A stretch of 64,000 bases of DNA, taken from assembly GCA_964016885.1 (NCBI GenBank), contig OZ024741.1, positions 217,372,001 through 217,436,000 on the forward strand, in the 5' to 3' direction. The notes under the pieces are model-generated. The model did no database searches, had not been told where the DNA came from, and was given only the letters and a program-made list of their open reading frames with translations. A program made the position numbers and the translations under genes. Positions 1-14,005 of the stretch are shown here, in pieces (within the stretch, counting starts at the first letter, position 1; each line of letters starts with the position of its first letter). This DNA comes from Eledone cirrhosa (Eukaryota).

Positions 1-193
1 GTCCTGGGTGAAGTCAATATTTGTGGCTGTAATCACTGGAACAGACGTATGTGAAACAGTTCCTGACAATGCGTTCAAACATGATGTGTGACCTAAATGC
101 ATTGTCAATTTGTCGACATGATGCTGCTGCCCTTAGGTTAGATTTGAAGTCATAAAGTAAACAGCCATGAATAAACGATTTGGATAGATCCAT
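1..193 (-). pseudogene. Degenerate mariner transposase N-terminus (Mos1/SETMAR-like HTH)
   Basis: MDLSKSFIHGCLLYDFKSNLRAAASCRQIDNAF...ERIVRNCF...SSDYS resembles the mariner N-terminal pattern (IRHCLLYEF...AAEA.R.IN.AFG...ERTV..WF..F.SGD.SL). In-frame TGA at 14-16; runs off the window. Confidence 0.7.
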
Positions 194-621
194 GCTGCTT
201 CCCCTTTGAGGGTATAAAAGAAAATGAGAAATGCACATAGTGCATACCAACACCATTTCTTAAATATATGCACATGCGCAACCTTTAACTATTCGAGAAA
301 ACTGAGTAAATCCTTTAGTTACCAACCCAGCCAAAACTGGTTCTGGTTCTACGAAATAAAATCACCCATTTTAAAGGTTTCCAATTTGAATTAAAATCTT
401 CCAACATAATTTTATATAAGAATCCAACATTAAGTTACTATCTTAGTAATGAAATAATACTTTTTGTAAATCCCTCAAAATTCTTCTTCATTAATTAATT
501 AAAATTGAGTGTACTTCACTAGAAATTCAGTCATGAAAAGGTTAAAACTTAACCTTTTTTCCAAGCTAACCTCTCTAAAATTTCTTCATGTATTAAACAC
601 ACTTGTTGAACTTACATATAC

Positions 622-759
622 GTGGGGGTGGACAGTTTTTCTTTGTACAAGATGTAATGCCACCTTTAAGACAACGACATGAATTGCAGGCAATCCTGAA
701 TGAATCTCCTTCATGGAAGTCTTTTCCGTTATGGTGGCACACAGCACTGGATCTTTTCA
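622..759 (-). CDS. Pacifastin-like precursor, internal exon (domain 2, predicted P1 Lys)
   Basis: Acceptor ttccag at 760-765; donor gtatat at 616-621 (alternative gtaagt at 610-615). 138 nt, phase 1-1. Encodes (V)KRSSAVCHHNGKDFHEGDSFRIACNSCRCLKGGITSCTKKNCPPP, matching C...CNxCxC..G...CTxxxC. Confidence 0.85.
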
Positions 760-1001
760 CTGGAACATATTTAAGAAGTATGTGGTCGAGAATCAGCATG
801 CAGGAGTTTTAACGGAAAAACAATTTAACCTAATAACAAATGTTTTGATAATCCAACACAGACAAAGCAGACTTTGCTAACATCAATTTTTGTACATCTT
901 ATAAAGATCCTTTATATATATATATATATATGTATATATAGTAATAATAATAAATTTGAAGACTAAAATCCAAAGAGGGCTCGATAAGGATAAATATACA
1001 T

Positions 1002-1127
<126 letters not shown>

Positions 1128-1213
1128 GGAAAAATTTGAACAGGGACAAAACAGAGAGGCAGTACAACAAATGTTTATTAATTTCACGCTCTGGAGAGTG
1201 GGGTGTTGGTGAT

Positions 1214-1829
<616 letters not shown>

Positions 1830-1855
1830 ATATATATATATATATATATATATAT

Positions 1856-3401
<1,546 letters not shown>

Positions 3402-3469
3402 TAGGTTATTCAATAGTTTAGTGGTACCAATATTAGCACTATGAGCGAAACGACGAACCGGCGGGAGAG

Positions 3470-4235
3470 CCATAGGTAGATCCCGATATAGATGGTTGGG
3501 TTATATACATGAGTTTGGCAGGTGTTGCTTGGTTATATACATGAGTTTGGCAGGTGTTGCTTGGTTATATACATGAGTTTGGCAGGTGTTGCTTGGTTAT
3601 ATACATGAGTTTGGCAGGTGTTGCTTGGTTATATACATGAGTTTGGCAGGTGTTGCTTGGTTATATACATGAGTTTGGCAGGTGTTGCTTGGTTATATAC
3701 ATGAGTTTGGCAGGTGTTGCTTGGCAATCCAACTGGATCAGGTGGAGATGGTTGCTTCTGATAGGACCTGCTGGAAGGAGTGCTTGAGGACTCTACTCCT
3801 CATGATCCTCTCAGGAAGAAGAAGAAGAAGAAGAAGAAGAAGAAGAAGAAGAAGAAGAAGAAGAAGAAGAAGGAGGAGGAGGGGGGAGGAGGAGGGGGGG
3901 AGGAGGAGGGGAGGAGGAGGGGGAGAAGAAGAAGAAGAAGAAGAAGAAGAAGAAGAAGAAGAAGAAGAAGAAGAAGAAGAAGAAGAAGAAGGAGGAAGAG
4001 GAGGGGGAGGAGGAGGAGGATGAGGAGGAGAAGAAGAAGAAGAAGAAGAAGAAGAAGAAGAAGAAGAAGGAGGAGGAGGAGGAGGAGGAGGAGAAGAAGA
4101 AGAAGAAGAAGAAGGAGGAGGAGGAGGAGGAGGAGGAGGGGGAGGAGGAGGAGGAGAAGAAAAAGAAGAAGAAGAAGAAGAAGAAGAAGAAGAAGAAGAA
4201 GAAGAAGAAGAAGAAGAAGAAGAAGAAGAAGAAGA
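3470..4235 (+). mobile_element. Short RTE-like 3' fragment with internal 32-bp tandem repeat and (GAA/GGA)n tail
   Basis: IQLDQVEMVASDRTCWKECL is shared with 30255-30570 and 47945-48200. About 7 copies of ggttatatacatgagtttggcaggtgttgctt at 3499-3724. Confidence 0.7.
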
Positions 4236-4294
4236 ATGGATCTCAACACACTTATTCAACAGACTTCAACATAATATTAAATGGTTAGAAATAC

Positions 4295-4432
4295 CTAGAG
4301 GTGGACATGATTCCCTTGTACAAGCTACGACACCATCTTTAAGACAATGACATGTGTTGCAGTCTATCTTGAATGATTCACCTTCTCTGAACTCTTGTCC
4401 TTCATGTTGACATACACCACTGGATCTTTTAA
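4295..4432 (-). CDS. Pacifastin-like precursor, internal exon (domain 1, predicted P1 Arg); absent from the ORF track
   Basis: Acceptor ttttccag at 4433-4440; donor gtattt at 4289-4294. 138 nt, phase 1-1. Encodes (V)KRSSGVCQHEGQEFREGESFKIDCNTCHCLKDGVVACTRESCPPL; clear paralog of 622-759. Confidence 0.88.
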
Positions 4433-4486
4433 CTGGAAAATAATGGTATTAGATTATATATATATATCTAAATACATATATATATT

Positions 4487-4750
4487 GGACACAGTGACAC
4501 AGAGGAGACTGAGGTTGGCTGGACATGCTCACCGACATCCAGAGTTGACATTGCACTCAGTGCTCCTTTGGGAGCCCCTACATGGACACACTAGAAGAGG
4601 AAGACCAAGGTTAACATATGTTGATGCCCTAAGGACAGACACTGGTCTGTTGGAGATGCAGGATATGGCAGCGATAATGAGGGACAGAGACCGCTGGAGA
4701 GAACTCGTCCATGGATCTCGGGAATTTTACCCGCCTTAGATAGATAGATA
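4487..4750 (+). mobile_element. RTE/RTE-X-like LINE 3' fragment with (TAGA)n tail
   Basis: RRLRLAGHAHRH..LLWEP.HG..RRGRPRLTYVD.L..DTG...DR..WR C-terminal signature. Confidence 0.8.
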
Positions 4751-5111
4751 TATTGGAAAATGTGTGAGATCCTTGGTACAGTTAGGTATATTTGATAAAA
4801 AGAAAAGTTTTATAATTTCACAATTTTATAATTTTATAATTTTGCTATGTAGATCTAAAGGACTTATTAGATCTATGTAGCAAAATTATAAAATTATATA
4901 ATTATAAAACTGTGAAATTGTAAAATTAAATTGCTATAGAATACCATCTACAAGTGAAGTCATTATTTTCCTTTTTTCATATATATATATATATAGAGAG
5001 AGAGAGAGGTAGAGCACTGGAAGGTAATATCCGGAGAGGTTGAGCACTCAGTTCATGGGACGAGTTTGGTAGATGATATATATATTGGGGTGATATAAAT
5101 ATATATATATC

Positions 5112-5700
5112 ATCCCAACCCACTAACCCACTCCATCCTCCCAATCCCACCAACACCACCCTTTCTCTGTAAAGTTATGTTGGTACCACAACATCCAGTC
5201 CAAACTAATGAGGTCGTGTAGGTGTCATGACAAAAAAACACTCAGTCCACGCTGTAATGTGGTTGTGTAGGAGACACAGTAAAAAGACTCCCAGTCCACA
5301 CTTTAAATGTGGTTGGTGTTAGGAAGGGCATCCAGCCATAGAAAACCTGCCAGGTAGTCCTATACGAGCGAGACACGGTCACCTGACCAATCTTGCCTCA
5401 AGTGAGACAACTCCCGTCTAACCAATGCTAGCGTGGAAGATGGACCATAAACGATGATGATGATGATGAGATATGTCATCATCATTGTTTAGCATCCATC
5501 TTCCACGCTAGCATGGGTTAGACGGGAGTTGTCTCACTTGAGGCAAGATTGGTCGGATGACCGTGTCTCGCTCGTATAGGACTACCTGGCAGGTTTTCTA
5601 TGGCTGGATGCCCTTCCTAACACCAACCACATATAAAGTGTGGACTGGGAGCCTTTTTACAGGGTCTCCTACACGACCACCTTACAGCGTGAACTGTTGT
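5112..5700. mobile_element. Tail-to-tail pair of RTE 3'UTR fragments (5112-5469 +, 5476-5700 -)
   Basis: Both share subfamily-specific gagacacggtca..gaccaatc sequence; their (GAT)n tails meet at about 5470. Confidence 0.85.
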
Positions 5701-6112
5701 GTCATTGACACAGTGGACGGAACGGGAAAGGGTGGATAGGGTAGGGTGTGGGTGTGCGTGTGTGCAAAAGGTTCAGTAAGTCCGGAGAAAACTGGTGAGA
5801 CTACCAATCTCAGCACTCGATGCAGGGCAGAGTGTATATAATAATATGAGTTTTATTGCTTAACACAGTATACAAGCTATTGTTTTCAGTTTTTCTAGTT
5901 CAGAGTTAGAGTAGCCTTTAACGAGGACTGTTTCAGCATACAGTGGTCGTTGACTCAACAAGATATAAGTGTATATATATATATATATATATAAGTAGAA
6001 GTGGTATTTAATTTGTTGGAAGTCCGACAAACATAAATGTTTATAACTGATTTAGAGCACTCAACAGTAATGGATATTAAATAAATGGAAACTATATTTA
6101 TAAAACCATATT

Positions 6113-6177
6113 TATTTTATTATATATATTTCAAGGGTAACCAAGATAACATTGGTACGCTTTCATCAGATAAAATA
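6113..6177 (-). ncRNA. Type I hammerhead ribozyme motif
   Basis: tattttat-CTGATGA-stem II (aagcgtaccaa/ttggttaccctt)-GAAA-tatata-TA-ataaaata: 8-bp stem I, palindromic loop III, AUA site. Confidence 0.85.
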
Positions 6178-6320
6178 CAAAGTTTGTTTTATAAATAGAG
6201 ACATACCCATGAAAATCATACCTTATCGGTTGGAAATTCACTGGATAGTGAATAATATACCTCCACTATCCAGTGAATTTCCAACCGATAAGGTATGATT
6301 TTCATGGGTAACAAACTTTG

Positions 6321-6385
6321 TATTTTATCTGATGAAAGCGTACCAATGTTATCTTGGTTACCCTTGAAATATGTATAATAAAATA
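6321..6385 (+). ncRNA. Type I hammerhead ribozyme motif (inverted copy of 6113-6177)
   Basis: tattttat-CTGATGA(6329-6335)-stem II-GAAA(6366-6369)-tatgta-TA-ataaaata. Confidence 0.85.
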
Positions 6386-6642
6386 AATATGATTTTATAA
6401 ATATAGTTTCCATTTATTTAATATCCTTGAATATATATATCCACCACCCCCCACTCTCAAGCATGAACCTAATATTAACACTTTGTACTGCCTTTTCGCT
6501 TTGCTTTTCTTTTTTTGTTTTCTGTTTTAACTATAATATATATATATATATATATATAAGTTTATCCCGAGTTCAATCGGGGGTAACTACAGTAAGTAAG
6601 GTACTCAATACATAGCAGACTATATATATTTAATATAGAAAT

Positions 6643-6693
6643 GGCTTCTACAGGACTAGAACTGTTTCATTGAGGAGAAATCATCAGAAAGCC
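6643..6693 (-). ncRNA. Type I hammerhead ribozyme motif with weak stem II
   Basis: ggcttt-CTGATGA-tttctcctcaat-GAAA-cag ttctagtc ctg-TA-gaagcc; GUA site. Half-copies at about 7430-7452 and 8284-8310. Confidence 0.65.
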
Positions 6694-6774
6694 CATGAAG
6701 AGGAATATATATATATATATCATCATCATCAACGTTTTACACCCATTCTTCCACGGTTGTATGGGTTAGATGGG

Positions 6775-6838
<64 letters not shown>

Positions 6839-6880
6839 CAAGCTAGCATGGAAGATGGACATTAAATGAAGATGATGATG

Positions 6881-6911
<31 letters not shown>

Positions 6912-6966
6912 TACTTTGAGAGGGTCATGTTGCAAATAGAAATCATGCATAAAATGCAAAAACAAA

Positions 6967-7027
<61 letters not shown>

Positions 7028-7953
7028 TGTATATATAAAGTTTCGTGAAATAGTCTTTTAAGACTATACAGAGCATTTGTAGTTTTTCCAAATTGAAGGA
7101 TGAGTATTTTAAACTTTATTTTATTCTGAGTTAAGGCTCTATTGATTTTTCCCTGGATTTCACCAAATTCTGTGGATGAATCTATATCCTGATTCTTTTT
7201 GAATTGAGTTTGAATTATTTTCCCACATCTTACGTTAACTATTTTTCCATTTTGACGTTATAGTCACTTATATATTATTGAATATTGTTGGCTTCTTGCT
7301 ACAATAATTTCTATACTTTTCATTTATATATATATATAGGTAAGTTATTCCGGGTTGAATCGGAGGTAACCAGAGTAAGTAAGGTACTCAATACATAGCA
7401 GAGTTTAAAAGTTTTAAAATAGATGAGATTCTACAGGACTAGAACTGTTTCATATATATATGTGTATGTATGTATTTATTATATGTATGTGTGTGTATAT
7501 GTATATATATATATGTGTGTGTATGTGTGTGTGCATATATGTATATGTATGTCTATATATGTGTAGGTATGTGTGTATATATATATGTATATATATATAT
7601 ATATAGTAATAATAATCCAGCCCCACACTGTAAATGTGGTTGGTGTTAGGAAGGGCATCCAACTGTAGAAAACCCGCCAGACAGTCCTATGCGAGCAAGA
7701 CAACCATTCTTGCCTCAAGTGGGAAAACCCCGTCCAAACCCATGCAAGCGTGGAACACGGACGCTAAACCTGATGATGATGATGATGATGATGAATAATA
7801 AAATTGAAGACTAAAATCCAGAGAGGGCTCGTTTATTCCTTTACTTATTTGCATAGCGAACGTCACCACGAACCAAAGTATCGTCTTCCTGTCTTCCTCC
7901 GGTTGCAACGTTTTTTGAAATATCCAGTTCTGCGTTTACAGATTGACTTTGTT

Positions 7954-8004
7954 AGTTTCAGAAGATCCCGTTAAGGGTGAAAGCAGCGATTCTTTGCTTA
8001 AACT
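7954..8004 (+). ncRNA. Hammerhead-like motif with variant core CAGAAGA
   Basis: agttt-CAGAAGA-tccc gttaa gggt-GAAA-gca..tgc-TT-aaact. The same variant occurs in a second copy at 46267-46317 (-). Confidence 0.5.
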
Positions 8005-8023
8005 TTAATCTGTTATTTTAATA

Positions 8024-8141
<118 letters not shown>

Positions 8142-8172
8142 ATATATGTGTATATATATATGTGTGTATATA

Positions 8173-8216
<44 letters not shown>

Positions 8217-8630
8217 TATATATATATATACATATACACACACACATACATATAATAAATACATACATACACATATATATATATGAAACAGTTCTAGTCC
8301 TGTAGAATCTTATCTATATTAAAACTTTTAAACTCTGCTATGTATTGAGTACCTTACTTACTGTGGTTACCTCCGATTCAACCCGGAATAACTTACCTAT
8401 ATATATATATATATATACCATATATACATAAATACATATATGTATATATATATATATATATATGTTTAATTAGGAATATACTCAGGTATTTCCTAATGTT
8501 TGTTGAGTGAGTTGGAACTTGGCCGGAGTATCGCTATTAGCTTTCTCCGATTATGTATTTATATATATATATATAAATAACCCCATCTAACCCATGCTAG
8601 CATGGAAGAATGGATGTAAAAAGGTGATGA

Positions 8631-8686
<56 letters not shown>

Positions 8687-8690
<4 letters not shown>

Positions 8691-10568
8691 CAGGGATGAT
8701 GCCGGTGTACTTAGTGTCACGAATGACCAGAAAAAGGAGGCCTGGAAATGCCATTATGAGAGACTGATGAATGTGGAGAACGAATGGGAGAGAGAGAAAT
8801 TACCCTTGGTAGATCCGACAGAGGGACCAGCTATTGAGATTGACGAATATAGGGTCCAAGAGGCGATTAGGGAAATGAAAAATGGTAAGGCGGCCGGACC
8901 ATCGGGAATAGTTGCTGAGATGCTGAAGGCATCAGGGGACGTAGGCACTAAACTGGTTGCACGCATCATCAATCAGGCTATATATGGTGATGTCATACCC
9001 AAAGACTGGTGCAGCAGTATTCTCATAAATTGCTACAAAGGTAAAGGGGATGCTTTGGAGAGGAGCAATTATAGGGGTATAAAACTGATAGATCAGGTTA
9101 TGAAAGTGGCAGAAAGGATTTTAGCACAACTAATTAGAGAAAGGGTCAAACTAGATGAGATACAGTTTGGTTTTGTGCCTGGGAAGAGTACAACAGATGC
9201 CCTCTTCTTGGTGAGACAAATGCAAGAGAGGTTCTTAGAGAAGAATAAGCCACTATACTTAGCTTTTGTTGACCTAGAGAAGGCCTTTGATAGGGTACCC
9301 CGATCTGTCATCTGGTGGTCCCTAAGGAAGCTAGGTGTTGAGGAATGGCTTGTGAGGACAGTGCAATCTTTGTACAGAGGTACTCTCAGTAAAGTCAGGG
9401 TAGGAATGGAGTTTAGTGAGGAATTCCAGATACAAGTAGGAGTACATCAGGGTTCGGTCCTCAGCCCGCTCTTGTTCATTATAGTCCTCCAAGCCATAAC
9501 AGAGGAGTTTAAGACTGGCTGTCCATGGGAACTTCTCTATGCTGACGATCTGGTTCTTATAGCAGAATCAGTAGCGGAGCTAGAGAATAAATTCTGGCTA
9601 TGGAAACAGCAGTTGGAAGCAAGAGGACCGAGAGTGAATCTAGCTAAGACAAAAGTGTTGATGAGTAGAAAAGAGGACAAAACCCTGATTCCGTCAGGGA
9701 AATGGCCACGTTCGATATGCAGAAAAGGAACTGGCATAAATTCTATAAAATGCACACAATGCAGATCCTGGGTACACAAGAGATGTAGCGGGATAGCAGG
9801 CAAACTAACAGGTAGGGAGAAATATGTATGCAGTAGATGTACAGGGAAATTAGACAGTAGAAGTCGCACTGATAGACACATTTTTCAAATGCGAGAGGGC
9901 GCTATAGAAGTGGTGGATAGCTTCCGGTACCTAGGAGATCAGATTAGCATGGGAGGAGGGTGTTCCGAGGCCATAGTATCTAGAATAAGGATGGGTTGGA
10001 AGAAGTTTAGGGAGCTGCTTCCTCTGTTGACGAAGAAGGGTTGTATGATGAAAGGCCGGTTGTATGATGCCTGTGTGAGGAGCGGTTGTATGATGAAAGG
10101 CCGGTTGTATGATGCCTGTGTGAGGAGCGCGATGCTGCATGGTAGTGAGACATGGGCAGCAACCGCAGAGGATATGCGACGGCTGGAAAGAAATGAGGCA
10201 AGCATGCTCCGTTGGATGTGCAGTGTAAATGTGCGTGGACGACCCAGCATAAATGTGTTGAGAAAGAAACTGTTTCTGAGAGGGATAGAATGTAGTGTAC
10301 GGGAGAGGAGACTGAGGTGGTATGGACATGTGATGCGCATGGAGGATGACCGATGGGTGAAGAAGTGCCAGGAAATGCCAGTTGAAGGAAGACGTGGTAG
10401 AGGTAGACCACGAAAAACATGGGCGGAGGTGGTGAGAACAGACCTCAGATCATTGAAGCGGTGGAGATGACGAGGGACCGTGACGAGTGGAGAGATGCTG
10501 AATAAGACCCGTCCCACCCTTGCAAGCAGGGAAAAGCGGACGTAAAATGATGATGATGATGATGATGA
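8687..10568 (+). mobile_element. 5'-truncated RTE LINE, second family (ORF 8767-10470)
   Basis: RT motifs (DLEKAFD, GVHQG, YADD), PHD-type finger, short 3'UTR with (GAT)n tail. 45-nt in-frame tandem duplication [15 protein letters not shown] x2. (TA)n on both sides. Confidence 0.95.
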
Positions 10569-10638
10569 TATATATATATATATGTGCGTGTATATGTGTA
10601 TATATATATATATACATGTATGTGTGTGTGTGTATATA

Positions 10639-10716
<78 letters not shown>

Positions 10717-10791
10717 AGTGTGTGTGTGTGTGTATGTATGTATGTGTGTGTGTATATATATGTATATGTATGTATATATATGTATGTATAA

Positions 10792-10822
<31 letters not shown>

Positions 10823-10904
10823 TATATGTGTGTATATGTATATATATGTATACATGTATGTATGTGTGTGTGTATATATATGTATATATATATATATATA
10901 TATG

Positions 10905-10973
<69 letters not shown>

Positions 10974-11014
10974 ATGTGTGTGTGTGTATGTATGTATATA
11001 TATATATATATGTA

Positions 11015-11066
<52 letters not shown>

Positions 11067-11234
11067 GATGAATTAGTTTTGCGAGGTTTATTGATATGAA
11101 ATCGTGTGTCGAAACAAATATTGTTATATTTGGGGAGGGTCATATTTGTGTAATATTGCCAGAATTAATAACACACTCACTGTTTGGTTGGTTTTCGCTT
11201 TTCGCTTCTGTGTCTTTTATATCTGTAATCTAAT

Positions 11235-13620
11235 TTATTCGGTCTTGGGTATTTGGTATTTGGAGGCCATGGTTTTAGCATAGTGTGAATGGAGAATTTG
11301 GGCTCTCTCGTCTATAGTGTTAATCCAGAGTTCTGTGTCTAATACAAGTAGTCTATTGTTAGGGTGTTTGGAAGGGTAGTCGATAGTTACAGTTATGGAA
11401 TTAGCTATCTGCTGGATGCTTTCCATTGTGCTACGTTCTAAATCATACCTGATACTCAAAAACTCAGCAATGTCCAGTAGTGCTAAGTTTAATATTCTGA
11501 TCGCAGATTTGGTACGAGTGATGAAGAATGTGTCCCGCATGTGCGACCCAACAGAAATGGAAAGACACATCCAACACTTCATCAACCGCATGCAGCTCCC
11601 TGGCTACAACCAAAGAGACAGAATCAGAGTATACAAAGGAGCCACGGAGAAGTATAAGAGCCTCATAGAACTGGACATGAAAGGAATTTGCCCATTATAC
11701 AGGAGCAAATCATGGAATAGCTTAGATAGGATTAAACATAAGATAGGGAAAGCCACCTCATGGTATGACAACCAGAGATACCAGAGTGTCATGTTTGTGG
11801 ACGCTACCCCTGGATGGAAATTAGCTAACCAGTGTAGAAAGGCCCTGAGAAAGACCCACTTAAAGATTAAGGTGGTAGAAAATCCAGGAACCACCATAAA
11901 ATCCCTGATCAGCAAAACCTACCCTTTTAAGAAAACCCACTGTACCAATAGGAAATGTATTATATGTAAGGTAAAGCCCCGGATAAACTGTAAAACTAGA
12001 AACGTAGTCTATAGCATAAGATGTTGCAGAAACATGACAACAACATACATAGGCGAGACAGCTCGTAGCATAGGTGAAAGGATATACCAACATTGGGGGA
12101 ACTAAAAGGACGAAAAAACGGTTCAGTACTATACGAACATGCCAGACAACAACACGACGGTAACATAGACAACATAGAAATTAGAATAATATCTAAACAT
12201 AGAAATGACCCAGCAGATAGGCAAATCAAAGAGGCCAGTGAAATAGAACTTAGAAGGCCAAGGCTAAACAGAAAAAATGCTAATGCTAATAAAAATGTCG
12301 CATTAGCTAATACAACATCCTTAGCTGAAATAATTAATAATTATAGAAAAAAGAATATCGATTATAACCTGACCTGGAGTGTGCTCAAAAGGGCCACCCC
12401 TTATCAAAATAATAGGTATGAATGTAGATTATGTTCCCAGGAACTTTTTGAAATAATGAAATCTAAGGATATCCTATTAAATAAGCGACAAGAATTAATT
12501 ATATCATGTAATCATAAAATTAGAAGAACTTTTAAATATTATAAACCTAATTATAAACCTAATTAATAAACTTTACAAATTAATATAATTAATTTTTTTT
12601 TTTTTTTTTTTTAAATTTAGTTAACCTATAATTAATATTCTACTACTAATGAACTGCATAATTTTATTTCCCTTTTACAGCTATCTTTTCCTAAAATTTA
12701 TACCAATAAGTATACATATAAACTATTTTAATTTCAGGTTATGAATCTATATTCCTTGTAATCTATATAAATTTGTTATTTCTCACTAATACATTTATCA
12801 CCCCCCCCCAGTTTTTTTTTAAAACAACATTCTTCAATTACATCTAACTCTTATTTATCATATCTATATGAATTAATATAAATTTATCAATATAAATATA
12901 CCTATCAATTAAATTTATTTATTTTCTTTTTATAGATGTAAATTCCTTAAGTTTTAAATAAGATTGATATTTTTCACTAACACATTTAACGTAAAATTTT
13001 ATTCTCCTTAGATTTTAACATTACCATTATTCTTTTATAACATCAAATTTTCGTGTACCTTTCACCGGCTTGACCTATTTTCATCCCCAAAGTAATCTTT
13101 TAATTCAAAATACTCTTTCCATTCAAAACTGAAGTCTGCTTTCCTCTACCCCTAAATTAAATTTCTATTACTACTATTCTATCATCTTGACCACTTACTA
13201 CCTTTATATTGGTCAATTCAAAACCTGTTCCCAAACAGACCTATTATATTAAATCTTTGTTGGTTTTTTTCAATAAACAAATATCATTATTTCTGAAGAC
13301 AGCATATATATGTGTAGGTATGTATATTCCCTCTGATAGTTTGTAAAAATTTTACATAGATCTATATGATATACATACTAACACACACATATATATCCTA
13401 GAAACGATCGTAAAATGATGAATTTTTTAATATAAGGAACTGTTTCTTTGTTTTTATTCATTATTTTTATTAATTTATCTTGACTCTGTTTTCCTGTGTT
13501 TTTCATCGAAAAAATTTTGAATACATCTTCTCTTTTCATGATATTTGGATTACATTGAGTTCTACATACGGATTGGACACTACCGTATATTTTGGTAGAT
13601 TTATCTACATATATATATAT
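11235..13620 (+). mobile_element. Composite Penelope-like element with 5' inversion
   Basis: Minus-strand RT-thumb piece (LLVLDTELW...YAKTMASKY, 11235-11440). Plus-strand continuation to GIY-YIG (NVVYSIRC..TYIGETARS). A second, Neptune-type C-terminus (TWSVL..CRLC..E..LLNKRQE..C.HK) starts near 12290; hammerhead in the 3' region. Confidence 0.85.
13284..13421 (+). ncRNA. Type I hammerhead motif with ~100-nt extended stem II
   Basis: tcattattt-CTGAAGA-...-GAAA-c gatc g-TA-aaatgatga. The stem II arms (catatatatgtgt..gtatgtatat / atatacatac..acacatatatat) are complementary. Confidence 0.7.
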
Positions 13621-13663
13621 ATATATATATTATACAAAGAGATAGAAATGTAGAGCTACTCAC

Positions 13664-13712
13664 CAAAGACCACAGCAACAAGACAAGAGAGTATTAGAAG
13701 CTTGAACATCAT
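13664..13712 (-). CDS. Pacifastin-like precursor, first coding exon (signal peptide)
   Basis: aaacATG ATG TTC AAG CTT ... GTC TTT G|gtgagt gives MMFKLLILSCLVAVVF. The consensus phase-1 donor is compatible with the phase-1 domain exons. Confidence 0.8.
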
Positions 13713-13770
13713 GTTTGCTCAAAGAATGAGGAAAGAGCTTACTGTTGCTTATGTCTCAAACATCGTAGGC

Positions 13771-13778
13771 TTTATATA
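13771..13778 (-). promoter_or_regulatory. TATA box of pacifastin-like gene
   Basis: TATATAAA about 33-35 nt upstream of an Inr-like CAGT (13741-13744) and about 60 nt upstream of the ATG. Confidence 0.65.
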
Positions 13779-14005
13779 CCTGTCAGGATCAATATGTATT
13801 GATCTATATATCACAGTAATTGTTAGAACTAATGCTAAAATGATGTTCTACATGTTTGGTGATTGTCTTTACAGATATTTGGAGCTGTGTTCCAAGGGAT
13901 CACATTACTAAAGTATTAGATTTTAATGCTTACAGACATTGAAAATATCACGTTTGCTTTGGTTACCATTTTATTATTATTATTATTATTATTGTTATTG
14001 TTATT

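Noticed and set aside
14-256. 80-aa ORF as the next pacifastin exon
   Set aside because: The phase-1 frame stops early and the open frame resembles a mariner transposase instead.
3682-4274. Poly-R/E/S/L/P ORFs
   Set aside because: (GAA/GGA)n retroelement tail; no coding signal.
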